Shown here piece after piece: positions 20,774 through 30,344 of a stretch of DNA of 64,000 nucleotides. The translations under genes were made by a program, and so were the position numbers. Numbering within the stretch: the stretch's first letter is position 1; each line of letters starts with the position of its first letter. The stretch is from Clostridia bacterium (lineage in GTDB: Bacteria > Bacillota > Clostridia > RUG12999). The notes under the pieces were generated by a model. The model was given only the letters and a program-made list of their open reading frames with translations. It was not told where the DNA came from and did not search any database. The stretch is taken from positions 19,590 through 83,589 of the forward strand of contig JAAWTG010000004.1 in the NCBI GenBank assembly GCA_022801925.1, in the 5' to 3' direction.

Positions 20774-21565
20774 TTATCGGCGTTTATCATGATATACGCT
20801 TTTGATTTTATTTTTCGATTTCACCCATGTTTCCAATGATTTTCGCAGCCGTGCAGCTTCCTCATGATAGCGCGTCGATTTCAAATACGGAAATGCGTGC
20901 AAAAGGCGGCGGTGGGAAAATGCATGATGATGTTCCAAGGCAAACTGCCGCTCGCGCAGCTGTGCCAGACGTTCCGCAAATTCCTGATGACGCAGCGCAG
21001 ATTTTTCATGGATTTCCTCCAACACACCATGTAGTTGTTTGAGTTTTCCGTTGAACTGCAAAGTAGCATGTACAGAAACAATCAAATCTAACAGTAAAAT
21101 GCCGCATAGTGCACATGCGGCAATAAACAGAGTAGCAGGAGAGAGCATGTTCACCAACTGCCGGACGGGCGGGTGAATGCCGCGCATAAGCAGGACAGAT
21201 AACATACCAAACAAAACGGAGTTCAGCAGACAAACGCGTCCGTGAATGTTGCAGTGTTTGGCAGAATAGTCCCACCATTTCATGTGGAACAGTTTTTCCA
21301 GCAAAAGACTGGTGATATATTCTAGGGCAGACGTCACCAGCAGTCCAAAGAGAAACAACATACCAACATCGCCGGATACCGGCGTCAATATCCAAATGAC
21401 AAGCAACGCGCCAAAGCCATAGACAGGGCAGAGCGGCCCCGTCAGAAAGCCGCGGTTGATAAATTTTCGCGCGGGAATGGAGCAATAGACGCACTCACAA
21501 ACCCAGCCCATGAAACTATAGATGAAAAAGAACAAAATCGTTTTACAAAGGACGCCTGAATCCAT
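20774..21565 (-). CDS. Membrane protein, DUF1113 / putative ABC transporter permease family
   Basis: FFIYSFMGW.E, NRGFLTGPLCPVYGFG, WWDYS...GRVCL; coiled-coil tail. Confidence 0.8.
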   Translation of the reverse strand: MDSGVLCKTILFFFIYSFMGWVCECVYCSIPARKFINRGFLTGPLCPVYGFGALLVIWILTPVSGDVGMLFLFGLLVTSALEYITSLLLEKLFHMKWWDYSAKHCNIHGRVCLLNSVLFGMLSVLLMRGIHPPVRQLVNMLSPATLFIAACALCGILLLDLIVSVHATLQFNGKLKQLHGVLEEIHEKSALRHQEFAERLAQLRERQFALEHHHAFSHRRLLHAFPYLKSTRYHEEAARLRKSLETWVKSKNKIKSVYHDKRR

Positions 21566-21589
21566 AGGGAGTCCTCCTTTTTTCTTGTG

Positions 21590-22921
21590 TTAGTGTGCAG
21601 CCTGCGCCGGTTTGTGGTCGCGTTTTTTGGCAGGCTGTGCAGGATAGGAGGTGACGGACTGAAATTCGGAATCCTGCGCCCGTGCGTTTGCCAGCATTAG
21701 TTTGATACGGTTTTGCTGGTTGACTTCGCTTGCGCCAGGGTCATAGTCAATTGCCACAATGTTTGCTTCCGGATGCACCGCTTTGATTTTATGTATCATG
21801 CCTTTGCCTGCAATGTGGTTGGGCAGACAGCCGAATGGCTGCGTGCATACGACATTGTGTACGCCGCTTTCGATGAGCTCCGCCATTTCTACCGTGAGCA
21901 GCCAGCCTTCGCCCATTTTCATACCTTTACCGATATATTGCTCCGCCAAATCTTTTGTGCGTGAGAACAGCATAGCAGGACGAAATACGCCATGTTGACG
22001 TACTGCACGAATCGCGTCTTTTTGTTTTTTCAGAAAAAAGCGGTAAGCGGTCTGGCTGCCCAGATACCGCATGAGGCCGCCGCCATAAAGTTTACGGTCT
22101 ACAATACCGTTATAGATACAATACATGCAAAAATCCAGCAGTCCCGGGACGACAACTTCCGCGCCTTCGGAAAGCAGGAAATCTTCCAGATGATTGTTTC
22201 CCATGGGAGAATATTTTACATAGATTTCGCCAACAATGCCTACTTTGATTTTATGGGAGTTGCGCTGTTCAATCTGTGCAAAATCGTGCAATATCTCTTT
22301 GTACCATTTGCGAATCGTGCGGTAACGCACTAATTTTTTGCCGTTCCAGCTTTTCACAATACGTTGTGTCCACTGCCACACTAACCGGTCTGTGTTGCCG
22401 GCATTGCATTCATAGGGACGGCATTGGTTTGATACCAGCATGAGAAAATCGCCCACAATCGCGGCATAGAGCATTTTAATTGCCAACGGTACCGTGATTT
22501 GAAAACCGGGATTTTCTTCCAAGCCCAATGTGTTGAGAGAAATGACCGGAACATATCCATAGCCGCTTTTTTCTAATGCTTTACGCAACAGGAAAATGTA
22601 GTTAGAAGCGCGGCAGCCACCGCCAGTTTGTGTGATGATAAGTGCGACTTTATGTGGGTCATATTTGCCGCTGCGCAGCGCATCAAGAAATTGTCCAATG
22701 ACCAGCAGTGCAGGATAGCAAGCATCATTATGAACGCTGCGCAGTCCTTCGTCTACAACACCGTGACCGTCGTTGGTTAAAATATCAACGTTGTACCCTT
22801 CTTGCCGCAGGATTTCCGCCATCAGCGCCATGTGGATAGGCAACATCATTGGCACTAAAATAGTGTGTGTTTTTTTCATTTCCTTAGTGAATACCGGATA
22901 TTCAGTTTGCTTTTGATTCAT
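21590..22921 (-). CDS. 2-hydroxyacyl-CoA dehydratase-like subunit, partner of the CoA activase
   Basis: DACYPA, QTGGGCRASNY, GEIYVK, GEGWLL, QPFGCLPNH, DYDPGAS..NQ.NR. ATG 22921 has an RBS and overlaps the upstream gene end. Confidence 0.82.
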   Translation of the reverse strand: MNQKQTEYPVFTKEMKKTHTILVPMMLPIHMALMAEILRQEGYNVDILTNDGHGVVDEGLRSVHNDACYPALLVIGQFLDALRSGKYDPHKVALIITQTGGGCRASNYIFLLRKALEKSGYGYVPVISLNTLGLEENPGFQITVPLAIKMLYAAIVGDFLMLVSNQCRPYECNAGNTDRLVWQWTQRIVKSWNGKKLVRYRTIRKWYKEILHDFAQIEQRNSHKIKVGIVGEIYVKYSPMGNNHLEDFLLSEGAEVVVPGLLDFCMYCIYNGIVDRKLYGGGLMRYLGSQTAYRFFLKKQKDAIRAVRQHGVFRPAMLFSRTKDLAEQYIGKGMKMGEGWLLTVEMAELIESGVHNVVCTQPFGCLPNHIAGKGMIHKIKAVHPEANIVAIDYDPGASEVNQQNRIKLMLANARAQDSEFQSVTSYPAQPAKKRDHKPAQAAH

Positions 22922-25871
22922 AAGCAGCAGCCTTCCTTTCGCGCGTTCTGTTCCGTTCGTCAATTGCACCAAGCAAACTGCGAATACGGATTTTAACCGT
23001 GCCTAAATTACTGATTTCGTCTATTTTAAGCTGTGTGTACAGTTTGCCTTTCTGTTCTAGGATACTGCGGACTTCATCTGTTGTGATAGCGTCCAGCCCG
23101 CAGCCGAAGGATACCAACTGAATGAGTTCGATATCATCGTGCTGCGTGGCATATTTTGCCGCATTGTAAAGCCTTGCATGATACGTCCATTGGTTGAGTA
23201 CGTTGACTTTTTGCGGTTCCACCAAATCCGCAACGCTGTCCTCTGTCAAAATGACAATACCAAAAGAATGAATCAGCTTGTCAATACCGTGATTGATTTC
23301 AGGGTCAACATGATAGGGGCGACCTGCCAAAATGACCATCTGTGCGCCATGTTCTTTGGCGTAGGCAATTGCCCGCGAGCCTTCCGCTTTGACGTCCTCG
23401 TGCCATTGACGATAGACGGCATACGCTTTGTTTGCCGCGCGTTTCACTTCGCCGCGGGAGATACCGCCAAACTCTCTCAAGAAAAATGCCGCCGCTTTTT
23501 TCACAAAATCGTTCGGACGGTGCAGCCCCAAATAAGGATAGAGAAAACGCACGTCTTTTAACTTGGAAATATTCGCCTGAAGCAGTTCAGGATAATAGGC
23601 GACAACAGGACAATTGTAGTGGTTATCGCCTTTCTTTTCATCAAAATTATAGGTCAGACACGGATAGAAGATAGTAGTAACGCCTTTTTCCAGCAAATCT
23701 TCAATATGCCCGTGTATCAGTTTCGCAGGATAGCAGACCGTATCGGAAGGGATGGAATAACGCCCTTTCCGATAGAGGTCAACAGAGGAAATCTCAGAAG
23801 TGACAACCTCAAATCCCAATTCACTGAGAAAAGTGTGCCAAAAGGGGAGATTCTCATACATGTTCAGCCCCAGCGGCAAACCGATTTTGCCGCGCGTTCC
23901 CGGAATTGGTTTGAGCGCGTTGAGTCGGTTCAGTTTATATTCATATAAATTCGGCGCGTCGTTTTTTGCCATGCGCCCCAGCGGACGTTCACATTTGTTG
24001 CCGGAGATGTGTTTTTCGCCATTTGCAAATGTGTTGATAGTCAAACTGCAGCGATTGGTACACATGCCGCAATTTGCCGCCTTGGAAGTGTGCGTAAATG
24101 TTTTTAATTCATTTGCCGGAAGTGTGGCGGATTGTTTCAGTCCCAGACCGCGCCCGTACAACGCCGCGCCATAAGCGCCCATCAGTCCCGCAATAGAGGG
24201 ACGAATGACGTCATGCCCCAGCAATTGTTCAAAACTACGCAGCACTGCGTCATTATAGAAAGTGCCGCCTTGCACGACAATATGTTCTCCCAGTTCCGCC
24301 GCGCTGTGGGCGCGAATCACTTTATAAATTGCATTTTTAACAACGCTCATGGAAAGTCCGGCGGAGATATCTTCCACGCTTGCGCCTTCTTTTTGCGCTT
24401 GCTTCACGGAAGAATTCATAAAGACGGTGCAACGGGAACCTAAATCGACAGGCGCTTTGGAGAACAAACCGCGGCGGGCAAATTCTTCAATTTCGTAGCC
24501 CATGGATTTTGCAAAGGTTTCGATAAACGACCCGCAGCCGGAGGAACAAGCTTCGTTGAGCATAATGCTGTCAATGGAATTGTTTTTCACATGAAAGCAT
24601 TTGATATCCTGACCGCCAATATCCAAAATAAAATCTACCTCAGGGCAGAAAAACTGCGTTGCCTTGAAATGCGCAACGGTTTCCACAATACCTTCGTCAA
24701 TGTGGAATGCACTTTTAATAAGCTCTTCGCCATAGCCTGTGACAACGCTGGCACGCAAGGTAATATGGTCGCCGCAAATTTCCCAGACCTTTTGTAACTG
24801 CTCGTGAATGACGTCCACAGGATTCCCTTTGTTGGAACTGTAATACTGATATAAAATTTCAGCGTTTTCGCCAATCAGCACCAGCTTGGTCGTGGTGCTG
24901 CCGCAGTCAATGCCGAGATAGGCGCCGCCGTGATAATTGTGCGGGTCGGCTTGCTGTACAGAGGCTTTGGCGTGGCGTGCGCGAAATGCTTCATATTTTG
25001 CTTCGGAAGTGAACAACGGCGGATTTTTATGGCAAACAGCGGATTGGTCTGCTGCGTTTTCCAGCCGCGTGAGCAGTTCACGGTAGGAAAATGTTTCTGC
25101 ATTTGAAACGGAGAGCATTGCCGCGCCATAGGCAACAGCAAATTGGCTGAGTTCCGGAAAAACAGCGTGTTCCGAATCCAATTCCAGCGTGTCCACAAAC
25201 CGTTCCTGCAAACCATGGAAAAAATAGAGTGGTCCGCCCAAAAACGCGATTTTGCCTTCCAAGCGGCGACCTTGCGCCAAACCGGTGATGGTTTGGTCAA
25301 CCACTGCCTGAAAAATACTAGCGGCAATATCCGCCTTGTCCGCGTCTTGATTGAGAAGCGGTTGAATATCTGATTTTGCAAACACGCCGCAGCGGGAAGC
25401 AATGGGATAAATTTTATTGTGCCCAAGACTCAGCGTGTCCAGTTCTTCCAAAGAAACGCCCAGCAGCATTGCCATTTGGTCAATGAACGCACCGGTACCG
25501 CCGGCACAGCTGCCGTTCATGCGTTCCTCCAAACCGCCTGTCAAAAATAAGATTTTGGCGTCCTCGCCGCCCAGTTCAATCACGATATCAATGGAATCAT
25601 CCCAACGTTTGACGGCTTCACCCGTTGCAAAAACTTCCTGCACAAATTCCAGCCCTGCCGCCTTGGCAATGCCCAGTCCGGCAGAACCGGATATGGAAAC
25701 CGTACAATTTCGTCCGCCAATAACGTCTTTTGCCATCGAAAGAACCTCAATGGTTTTTTGACGCACTTTGGACATGTGCCGCTCATAGTGTTTGAATAAT
25801 AATATATCTTGGTCATATACCACCACTTTCACAGTGGTAGAACCGACGTCTATTCCAATATGTAAAGACAA
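22902..25871 (-). CDS. Acyl-CoA dehydratase activase-related protein (two BadF/BcrAD ATPase domains plus DUF2229-like domain)
   Basis: GIDVGSTT and GIDCGSTT, MNGSCAGGTG, NEACSSGCGSF, CGMCTNRC, DTVCYPAK; TTG start. Confidence 0.88.
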   Translation of the reverse strand: MSLHIGIDVGSTTVKVVVYDQDILLFKHYERHMSKVRQKTIEVLSMAKDVIGGRNCTVSISGSAGLGIAKAAGLEFVQEVFATGEAVKRWDDSIDIVIELGGEDAKILFLTGGLEERMNGSCAGGTGAFIDQMAMLLGVSLEELDTLSLGHNKIYPIASRCGVFAKSDIQPLLNQDADKADIAASIFQAVVDQTITGLAQGRRLEGKIAFLGGPLYFFHGLQERFVDTLELDSEHAVFPELSQFAVAYGAAMLSVSNAETFSYRELLTRLENAADQSAVCHKNPPLFTSEAKYEAFRARHAKASVQQADPHNYHGGAYLGIDCGSTTTKLVLIGENAEILYQYYSSNKGNPVDVIHEQLQKVWEICGDHITLRASVVTGYGEELIKSAFHIDEGIVETVAHFKATQFFCPEVDFILDIGGQDIKCFHVKNNSIDSIMLNEACSSGCGSFIETFAKSMGYEIEEFARRGLFSKAPVDLGSRCTVFMNSSVKQAQKEGASVEDISAGLSMSVVKNAIYKVIRAHSAAELGEHIVVQGGTFYNDAVLRSFEQLLGHDVIRPSIAGLMGAYGAALYGRGLGLKQSATLPANELKTFTHTSKAANCGMCTNRCSLTINTFANGEKHISGNKCERPLGRMAKNDAPNLYEYKLNRLNALKPIPGTRGKIGLPLGLNMYENLPFWHTFLSELGFEVVTSEISSVDLYRKGRYSIPSDTVCYPAKLIHGHIEDLLEKGVTTIFYPCLTYNFDEKKGDNHYNCPVVAYYPELLQANISKLKDVRFLYPYLGLHRPNDFVKKAAAFFLREFGGISRGEVKRAANKAYAVYRQWHEDVKAEGSRAIAYAKEHGAQMVILAGRPYHVDPEINHGIDKLIHSFGIVILTEDSVADLVEPQKVNVLNQWTYHARLYNAAKYATQHDDIELIQLVSFGCGLDAITTDEVRSILEQKGKLYTQLKIDEISNLGTVKIRIRSLLGAIDERNRTRERKAAAYESKAN

Positions 25872-26182
25872 TTTGACACCTTCTTCTCATTACATCCATA
25901 CGAAATATGAATGGATGGAAAATGTTTCTTCCTATTTCGTATAGCATGCTATACGTTTTCATTATAGCATATTTCAAAAAAAGTGTCCAGAGTTTGACAC
26001 GCAAAAAAATGCCATAAAGGAACGAAATAATTGGAAGAATAGGGAAAATGGTCTAATAATGCGCGCTGCAAAGGAAACAAGCCCTCCACTATTTTATGTG
26101 TTCAGGGCGTGATTTATGATGGAACGCACATAAATTGAATCGATTTGGAAATGCTATGATTTGGGTGACAAGGAAAGTGAAA

Positions 26183-26557
26183 ATGAAAGAATTTTTAATT
26201 GTGTTTTGCATTGGTGCGGTGGGGTATAGTTTGCTGGAAATTTTGTGGCGCGGATTTACCCACTGGACTATGGCGCTGACGGGCGGTATTTGTTTCTGGT
26301 TTATCTATTCCATCTGTATGCGCTATCCGAATATGCCGCTGCTGGGAAAATGTCTCTGGGGAGCGCTGGTAATAACGGCGGTGGAATTTATTGTCGGTTG
26401 TATTGTCAACAGGGGACTGCATATGCAGGTATGGGATTATTCTAATCAACCACTGAACCTATATGGACAGATTTGTTTGACCTATTCCGCGCTTTGGTTT
26501 TTGCTGTGTATTCCAATCACATACCTCAGCCAAGGCATCAAAAAGTTTATTTTTTAA
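26183..26557 (+). CDS. Small membrane protein, short DUF1113-like family
   Basis: EILWRGFTHWTM, VWDYS..PLNLYGQICL; ATG 26183. Confidence 0.75.
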   Translation: MKEFLIVFCIGAVGYSLLEILWRGFTHWTMALTGGICFWFIYSICMRYPNMPLLGKCLWGALVITAVEFIVGCIVNRGLHMQVWDYSNQPLNLYGQICLTYSALWFLLCIPITYLSQGIKKFIF

Positions 26558-26592
26558 AAAGACCGGAAATTTTTTCAGAAATCCGGTCTTTT
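26557..26592. terminator. Bidirectional terminator
   Basis: aaaagaccgga...tccggtctttt between convergent genes. Confidence 0.7.
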
Positions 26593-26606
26593 GTGCGTCC
26601 AAAGTG

Positions 26607-27275
26607 TTAGGAAAGATTAAAACTCGGCGGCTGTGTTTTGGCAGGGTCAAACGATTGTCCGCCGGGTGTGGAAAGGTCAAAATAAATGCGTGAATCGCCG
26701 GTAACGCCCCAATCCTGCTGAGAACCGGAATCCTGAATACGGTTAAATGCTTCGCGGAACATGGTATTATGCGCCTCTTCACGGTTGAGCAAAAAGTCAA
26801 TGGTTTCTTTCACACCTTTGTCGTCAATCTGACGGTACAAATATTGATAAACCACTTTTGCACGTTGCTCTGAAGCAATGTCGGAAAGTAAATCAGCGGC
26901 AAGGTCGCCGGTTTCATTAACGTAGGCGGCTGTCCAAAGCTGTCCCGAGGCATTTGCCAGCATAGGCGTCAGTCCGGTGAGAACATGTGCTTCAATGGTG
27001 CCGACCGTGGCATGTTCAGCGTCCAGTTCATCACCGTTAAGCAGATTGATGGTGGTTGCCACCATTTCCATATGCCCCAATTCTTCGGCGGCGATATCCA
27101 AAAACAAGTCTTTGATTTCTTTGTCGCGAATGCGCATACTTTGAGACAAATATTGCATGGCGGCCTTGAGTTCTCCCTGTGGTCCGCCAAGTTGCTCTTG
27201 GAGCATTGCGGCGTAAGTCGGATTGGGTTTATCAACTTTCACGCCTCTGAGAAGCTGTTTTTCATGTTTAAACAA
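26607..27275 (-). CDS. Manganese catalase family protein
   Basis: EQLGGPQGELKAAMQY, DIAAEELGHMEM, DIASEQRAK, REEAH; TTG start with AAGGAG RBS. Confidence 0.9.
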   Translation of the reverse strand: MFKHEKQLLRGVKVDKPNPTYAAMLQEQLGGPQGELKAAMQYLSQSMRIRDKEIKDLFLDIAAEELGHMEMVATTINLLNGDELDAEHATVGTIEAHVLTGLTPMLANASGQLWTAAYVNETGDLAADLLSDIASEQRAKVVYQYLYRQIDDKGVKETIDFLLNREEAHNTMFREAFNRIQDSGSQQDWGVTGDSRIYFDLSTPGGQSFDPAKTQPPSFNLS

Positions 27276-27308
27276 AATGTGTATCTCCTTTCAAAATTGA
27301 AGTCAGGG

Positions 27309-27339
27309 TTAGTATGTACAAAAGAAATAGGTGTTATGT
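27309..27339 (-). promoter_or_regulatory. Possible forespore (sigma-G-like) promoter of the Mn-catalase gene
   Basis: Minus strand ACATA-18 nt-CATACTA, compared with B. subtilis consensus GMATR-N18-CATWCTA. Confidence 0.4.
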
Positions 27340-27373
27340 TGGAAATGCTTCTTGAATTGAAACAGCGGACATG

Positions 27374-27410
27374 AAAAAAAGAACAAACGCCTTATGCTGT
27401 TTGTTCTTTT
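27374..27410 (-). terminator. Intrinsic terminator of the aro operon
   Basis: aaaagaacaaac...gtttgttctttt, with a T run on the minus strand. Confidence 0.7.
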
Positions 27411-27417
27411 GGAAAAA

Positions 27418-28089
27418 TTATGAAATTGTAAGAAGCCCACTGCACCAAGCAATCAATTTTTGATAAGCCGCCTCTGTCTCGGCAGGGGAATAACAAGCAG
27501 TTTTATGCCGGTTGATACATAACACTAAAATATCCGCGTCCGTGCCGGAAAGCAGAGCAAGCAGTTCCTGTTTTTGAGAAATATATTGCTGTGTCCGGTA
27601 AAAGTGAAGCGCCTGTAAAATAAAAAAGGTGCCTTTATAGAGCGAAGGCAGTTTTACTGCGGGCGCTTTGTCATATAGATAACTATGACATGCCGCATGG
27701 TAGAGGTTCGCCGCGCCGATATGAATGGCGTCCTGCACGTCTTGCGGTTGGAGCGGCGGAAAAAGACCGGCGGTCGAGCCGTAGAGTACATGCGTGTCAT
27801 GCAGCAATTGAAACAAGTCGTATCGGGGCCAATGCAGCAGTTCCTGTTTGCCGCAGCAAAACCCGCAAGCCTTTTCGGATTCGGGCATGGAAGAGGCGAT
27901 TTCGCGGTAAACCTTCAGGTCGTTGGTATCCAGCGTATCCAAAATAACGACCATATCAATGTCGCTGTCCGCTGTCGCTTCACCGCGTCCATAACTGCCT
28001 TGCAGACCAATCAGGCATAGGCGGTCTGAAAAAGCAGCCGTACATTTTTGAATGAATTGATTTAACCAGTTTTCTATCCCCAAATTCAT
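27418..28089 (-). CDS. Nucleotidyltransferase-domain protein (Pol-beta superfamily)
   Basis: GSYGRGEAT.DSDIDMVVI motif; helical C-terminal half. Confidence 0.82.
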   Translation of the reverse strand: MNLGIENWLNQFIQKCTAAFSDRLCLIGLQGSYGRGEATADSDIDMVVILDTLDTNDLKVYREIASSMPESEKACGFCCGKQELLHWPRYDLFQLLHDTHVLYGSTAGLFPPLQPQDVQDAIHIGAANLYHAACHSYLYDKAPAVKLPSLYKGTFFILQALHFYRTQQYISQKQELLALLSGTDADILVLCINRHKTACYSPAETEAAYQKLIAWCSGLLTIS

Positions 28090-28091
28090 GA

Positions 28092-29243
28092 TTATTCTCC
28101 TTTGAAAGTGGAAGAAACGCCTGTATAATTGCCCAGCAAAAAGAAATCCTGCGTTTGCGTTTGCAGTAGGGAAATGGTCTGTGCAATACGGGACTCGGAA
28201 AGATGTCCTTCAAAATCTGCATAGAATAAATATTTCCATTTGCTGGCAGGATAGGGGCGTGACTCCAATTTTATGAGATTCAAATTATGTTTTGCAAAGA
28301 CGCTTAAAGTATGATATAAACTGCCGCTTTCGTTGTTCAAAGAAAATGCAATGCTGACCTTGGACGCGCCGGGACAAATCAAAAGGTCTTTTGACACAAT
28401 CGCAAAGCGCGTATAATTATTGGGATTATCCTCAATTTCAGATTGTAAAATTTCAAGACCATAGAACGCCGCGCTGCTGGCGCTGCCGATGACGCCGCGC
28501 GTTTTATCGCCGGAGGCCGCCACCATTTTTGCGCTGGCGGCAGTGTTATAATAGGGCGTCAGCTTCACATCTAACGAGGATAAAAAGTTTTCACACTGCA
28601 TGAACGGTTGGGGATGGGAGTAGATTTCCTTTAAATTCGCGGTTTTAGCGCCCGGCAGTCCCATTAAATTATGACTGATACGCAAATTGGTCTCACCCAC
28701 GATATGGTAACCGTATTCACAAAACAATTCGTAAGAGTCAAAAATAGAACCGGTGGATGAATTTTCAATGGGGACGATACCATAGTCCGCTTTACCTTGT
28801 TTCAAAGTTTCAAAAACATCGCGGAAGGTAGCGGCGGGAAGTGTAGAGATGCCATCGAAACAGGACTTCATGGCTTCCCAGGTATAGGAACCTTCCGCGC
28901 CGTAGAATACCACTTGTTTTGCACTCGGCAGTACCGGCGGATACGCCGCGTCCGGCTGCATAGGTGAGTCGGCCGTGACAATATTCAGTTGATACATTTT
29001 GCTTAGGTTCATCAACGTGCGGAACATTTCCACTGTTTCAAAACGGTAGTTTTCGTTCGCGCCCGCTGCGACATTTTGCAGAATTTCCGCTTCACGCGTT
29101 TCGTCCAGTATCGGCAGCTCGTGTGCCGCCTTATAACGCGCAATATCGGCAGAAACCTCCATTCGCTGACTGAACAAGTCCAGCATTTGCTGGTTGATTC
29201 TGTTGATTTGTTCCCGTAACTCTTTCAACTCCATAGTTTGCAT
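28092..29243 (-). CDS. pheA: Chorismate mutase / prephenate dehydratase
   Basis: N-terminal AroQ domain (LREQINRIN..RE), PIENS..G, SHPQ, TRF, ACT domain with KLESRP. Confidence 0.93.
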   Translation of the reverse strand: MQTMELKELREQINRINQQMLDLFSQRMEVSADIARYKAAHELPILDETREAEILQNVAAGANENYRFETVEMFRTLMNLSKMYQLNIVTADSPMQPDAAYPPVLPSAKQVVFYGAEGSYTWEAMKSCFDGISTLPAATFRDVFETLKQGKADYGIVPIENSSTGSIFDSYELFCEYGYHIVGETNLRISHNLMGLPGAKTANLKEIYSHPQPFMQCENFLSSLDVKLTPYYNTAASAKMVAASGDKTRGVIGSASSAAFYGLEILQSEIEDNPNNYTRFAIVSKDLLICPGASKVSIAFSLNNESGSLYHTLSVFAKHNLNLIKLESRPYPASKWKYLFYADFEGHLSESRIAQTISLLQTQTQDFFLLGNYTGVSSTFKGE

Positions 29244-29252
29244 ATCTCCTAT

Positions 29253-30344
29253 CTATATTGACTCAGGATATTCGTCCAGCCATAAATCCATCAGGGAAAT
29301 TGCCAGCGCTGATTCGACAACGACAACAGCGCGCGGAACAATACATGGGTCGTGCCGCCCTTTGCCTGCCAAAACACCCTCCTGCATGGTGTGAATATCG
29401 AATGTCCGTTGTTCCTTGCCAATGGTTGGCGTGGGTTTAAAAGCGGTGTGCACCACAATCGGCATACCGTTTGTGATACCGCCCAGAATGCCGCCGCAGT
29501 GATTGGTGTGCGTTTTCACGCCGCCGTCCAGATAATAGGTGTCGTTGTTTTCTTCTCCGGTCATGCATGTGCAGTCAAATCCGCTGCCGAAAGAAACGCC
29601 TTTGACTGCCGGAACGGCATAAAGAAATGAAGAAACCACGCTTTCTGCATTGCGGAACATGGGGGAACCCAGACCGGCAGGAACGCCTACCGCAATGCAT
29701 TCCACTGTTCCGCCGACTGAATTGAGATTTTGTTTTGCGTCCAGAATAGCAGTTTTCATTTTTTTGCCTTGAGTATCGCTTAAAGCAGCGAACTCTTTTT
29801 GCCGCAAAACAGCCAAAGCGGCCAGGTCAGGCTGTACCCAGTCGGTTGGCGCGTCATTGATTCCTGCAATGGCGGAAATATGCGCATAGACTTCAATGCC
29901 TTTTTGCCGCAGAAACTGGCGGCAGATGCTTCCTGCCGCCACCATAGGCGCAGTGAGCCGACCGGAAAAGTGACCGCCGCCGCGGATGTCGTTATGCCCG
30001 TTATATTTCACCTGCGCCGGATAATCACTGTGTCCAGGGCGCATAAGCGATGCCATTTCATTGTAGTGATGCGACTTGGTATCAGTGTTTTTGAAACAGA
30101 TACAAAGCGGCGCGCCGGTGGTGATATCGTTTAAAATGCCGCTCTTGAAAATGGGTTCGTCTGCCTCTTTGCGCGGTGTGGACAGAGCAGATTGTCCAGG
30201 TGCGCGGCGGGACAAGTGATGACGGATTTCCGCCATATCAAGTTTCAATCCTGCCGGAAGTCCGCTGATAATTACGCCGATTTCAGGACCATGGGATTCA
30301 CCGAAGATAGATAACTGAATGTTTTTTCCCCAGGTAGAACTCAT
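29253..30344 (-). CDS. aroC: Chorismate synthase
   Basis: FGESHG, RPGHSD, GGGHFSGR, FKPTP, GRHDPCIVPRA; ATGA overlap with the aroA stop. Confidence 0.96.
   Translation of the reverse strand: MSSTWGKNIQLSIFGESHGPEIGVIISGLPAGLKLDMAEIRHHLSRRAPGQSALSTPRKEADEPIFKSGILNDITTGAPLCICFKNTDTKSHHYNEMASLMRPGHSDYPAQVKYNGHNDIRGGGHFSGRLTAPMVAAGSICRQFLRQKGIEVYAHISAIAGINDAPTDWVQPDLAALAVLRQKEFAALSDTQGKKMKTAILDAKQNLNSVGGTVECIAVGVPAGLGSPMFRNAESVVSSFLYAVPAVKGVSFGSGFDCTCMTGEENNDTYYLDGGVKTHTNHCGGILGGITNGMPIVVHTAFKPTPTIGKEQRTFDIHTMQEGVLAGKGRHDPCIVPRAVVVVESALAISLMDLWLDEYPESI

Noticed and set aside
22902-22921. Possible frameshift or pseudogene splitting a fused activase-dehydratase
   Set aside because: The downstream ORF has its own RBS and ATG, both parts look intact, and a short overlap is normal coupling.
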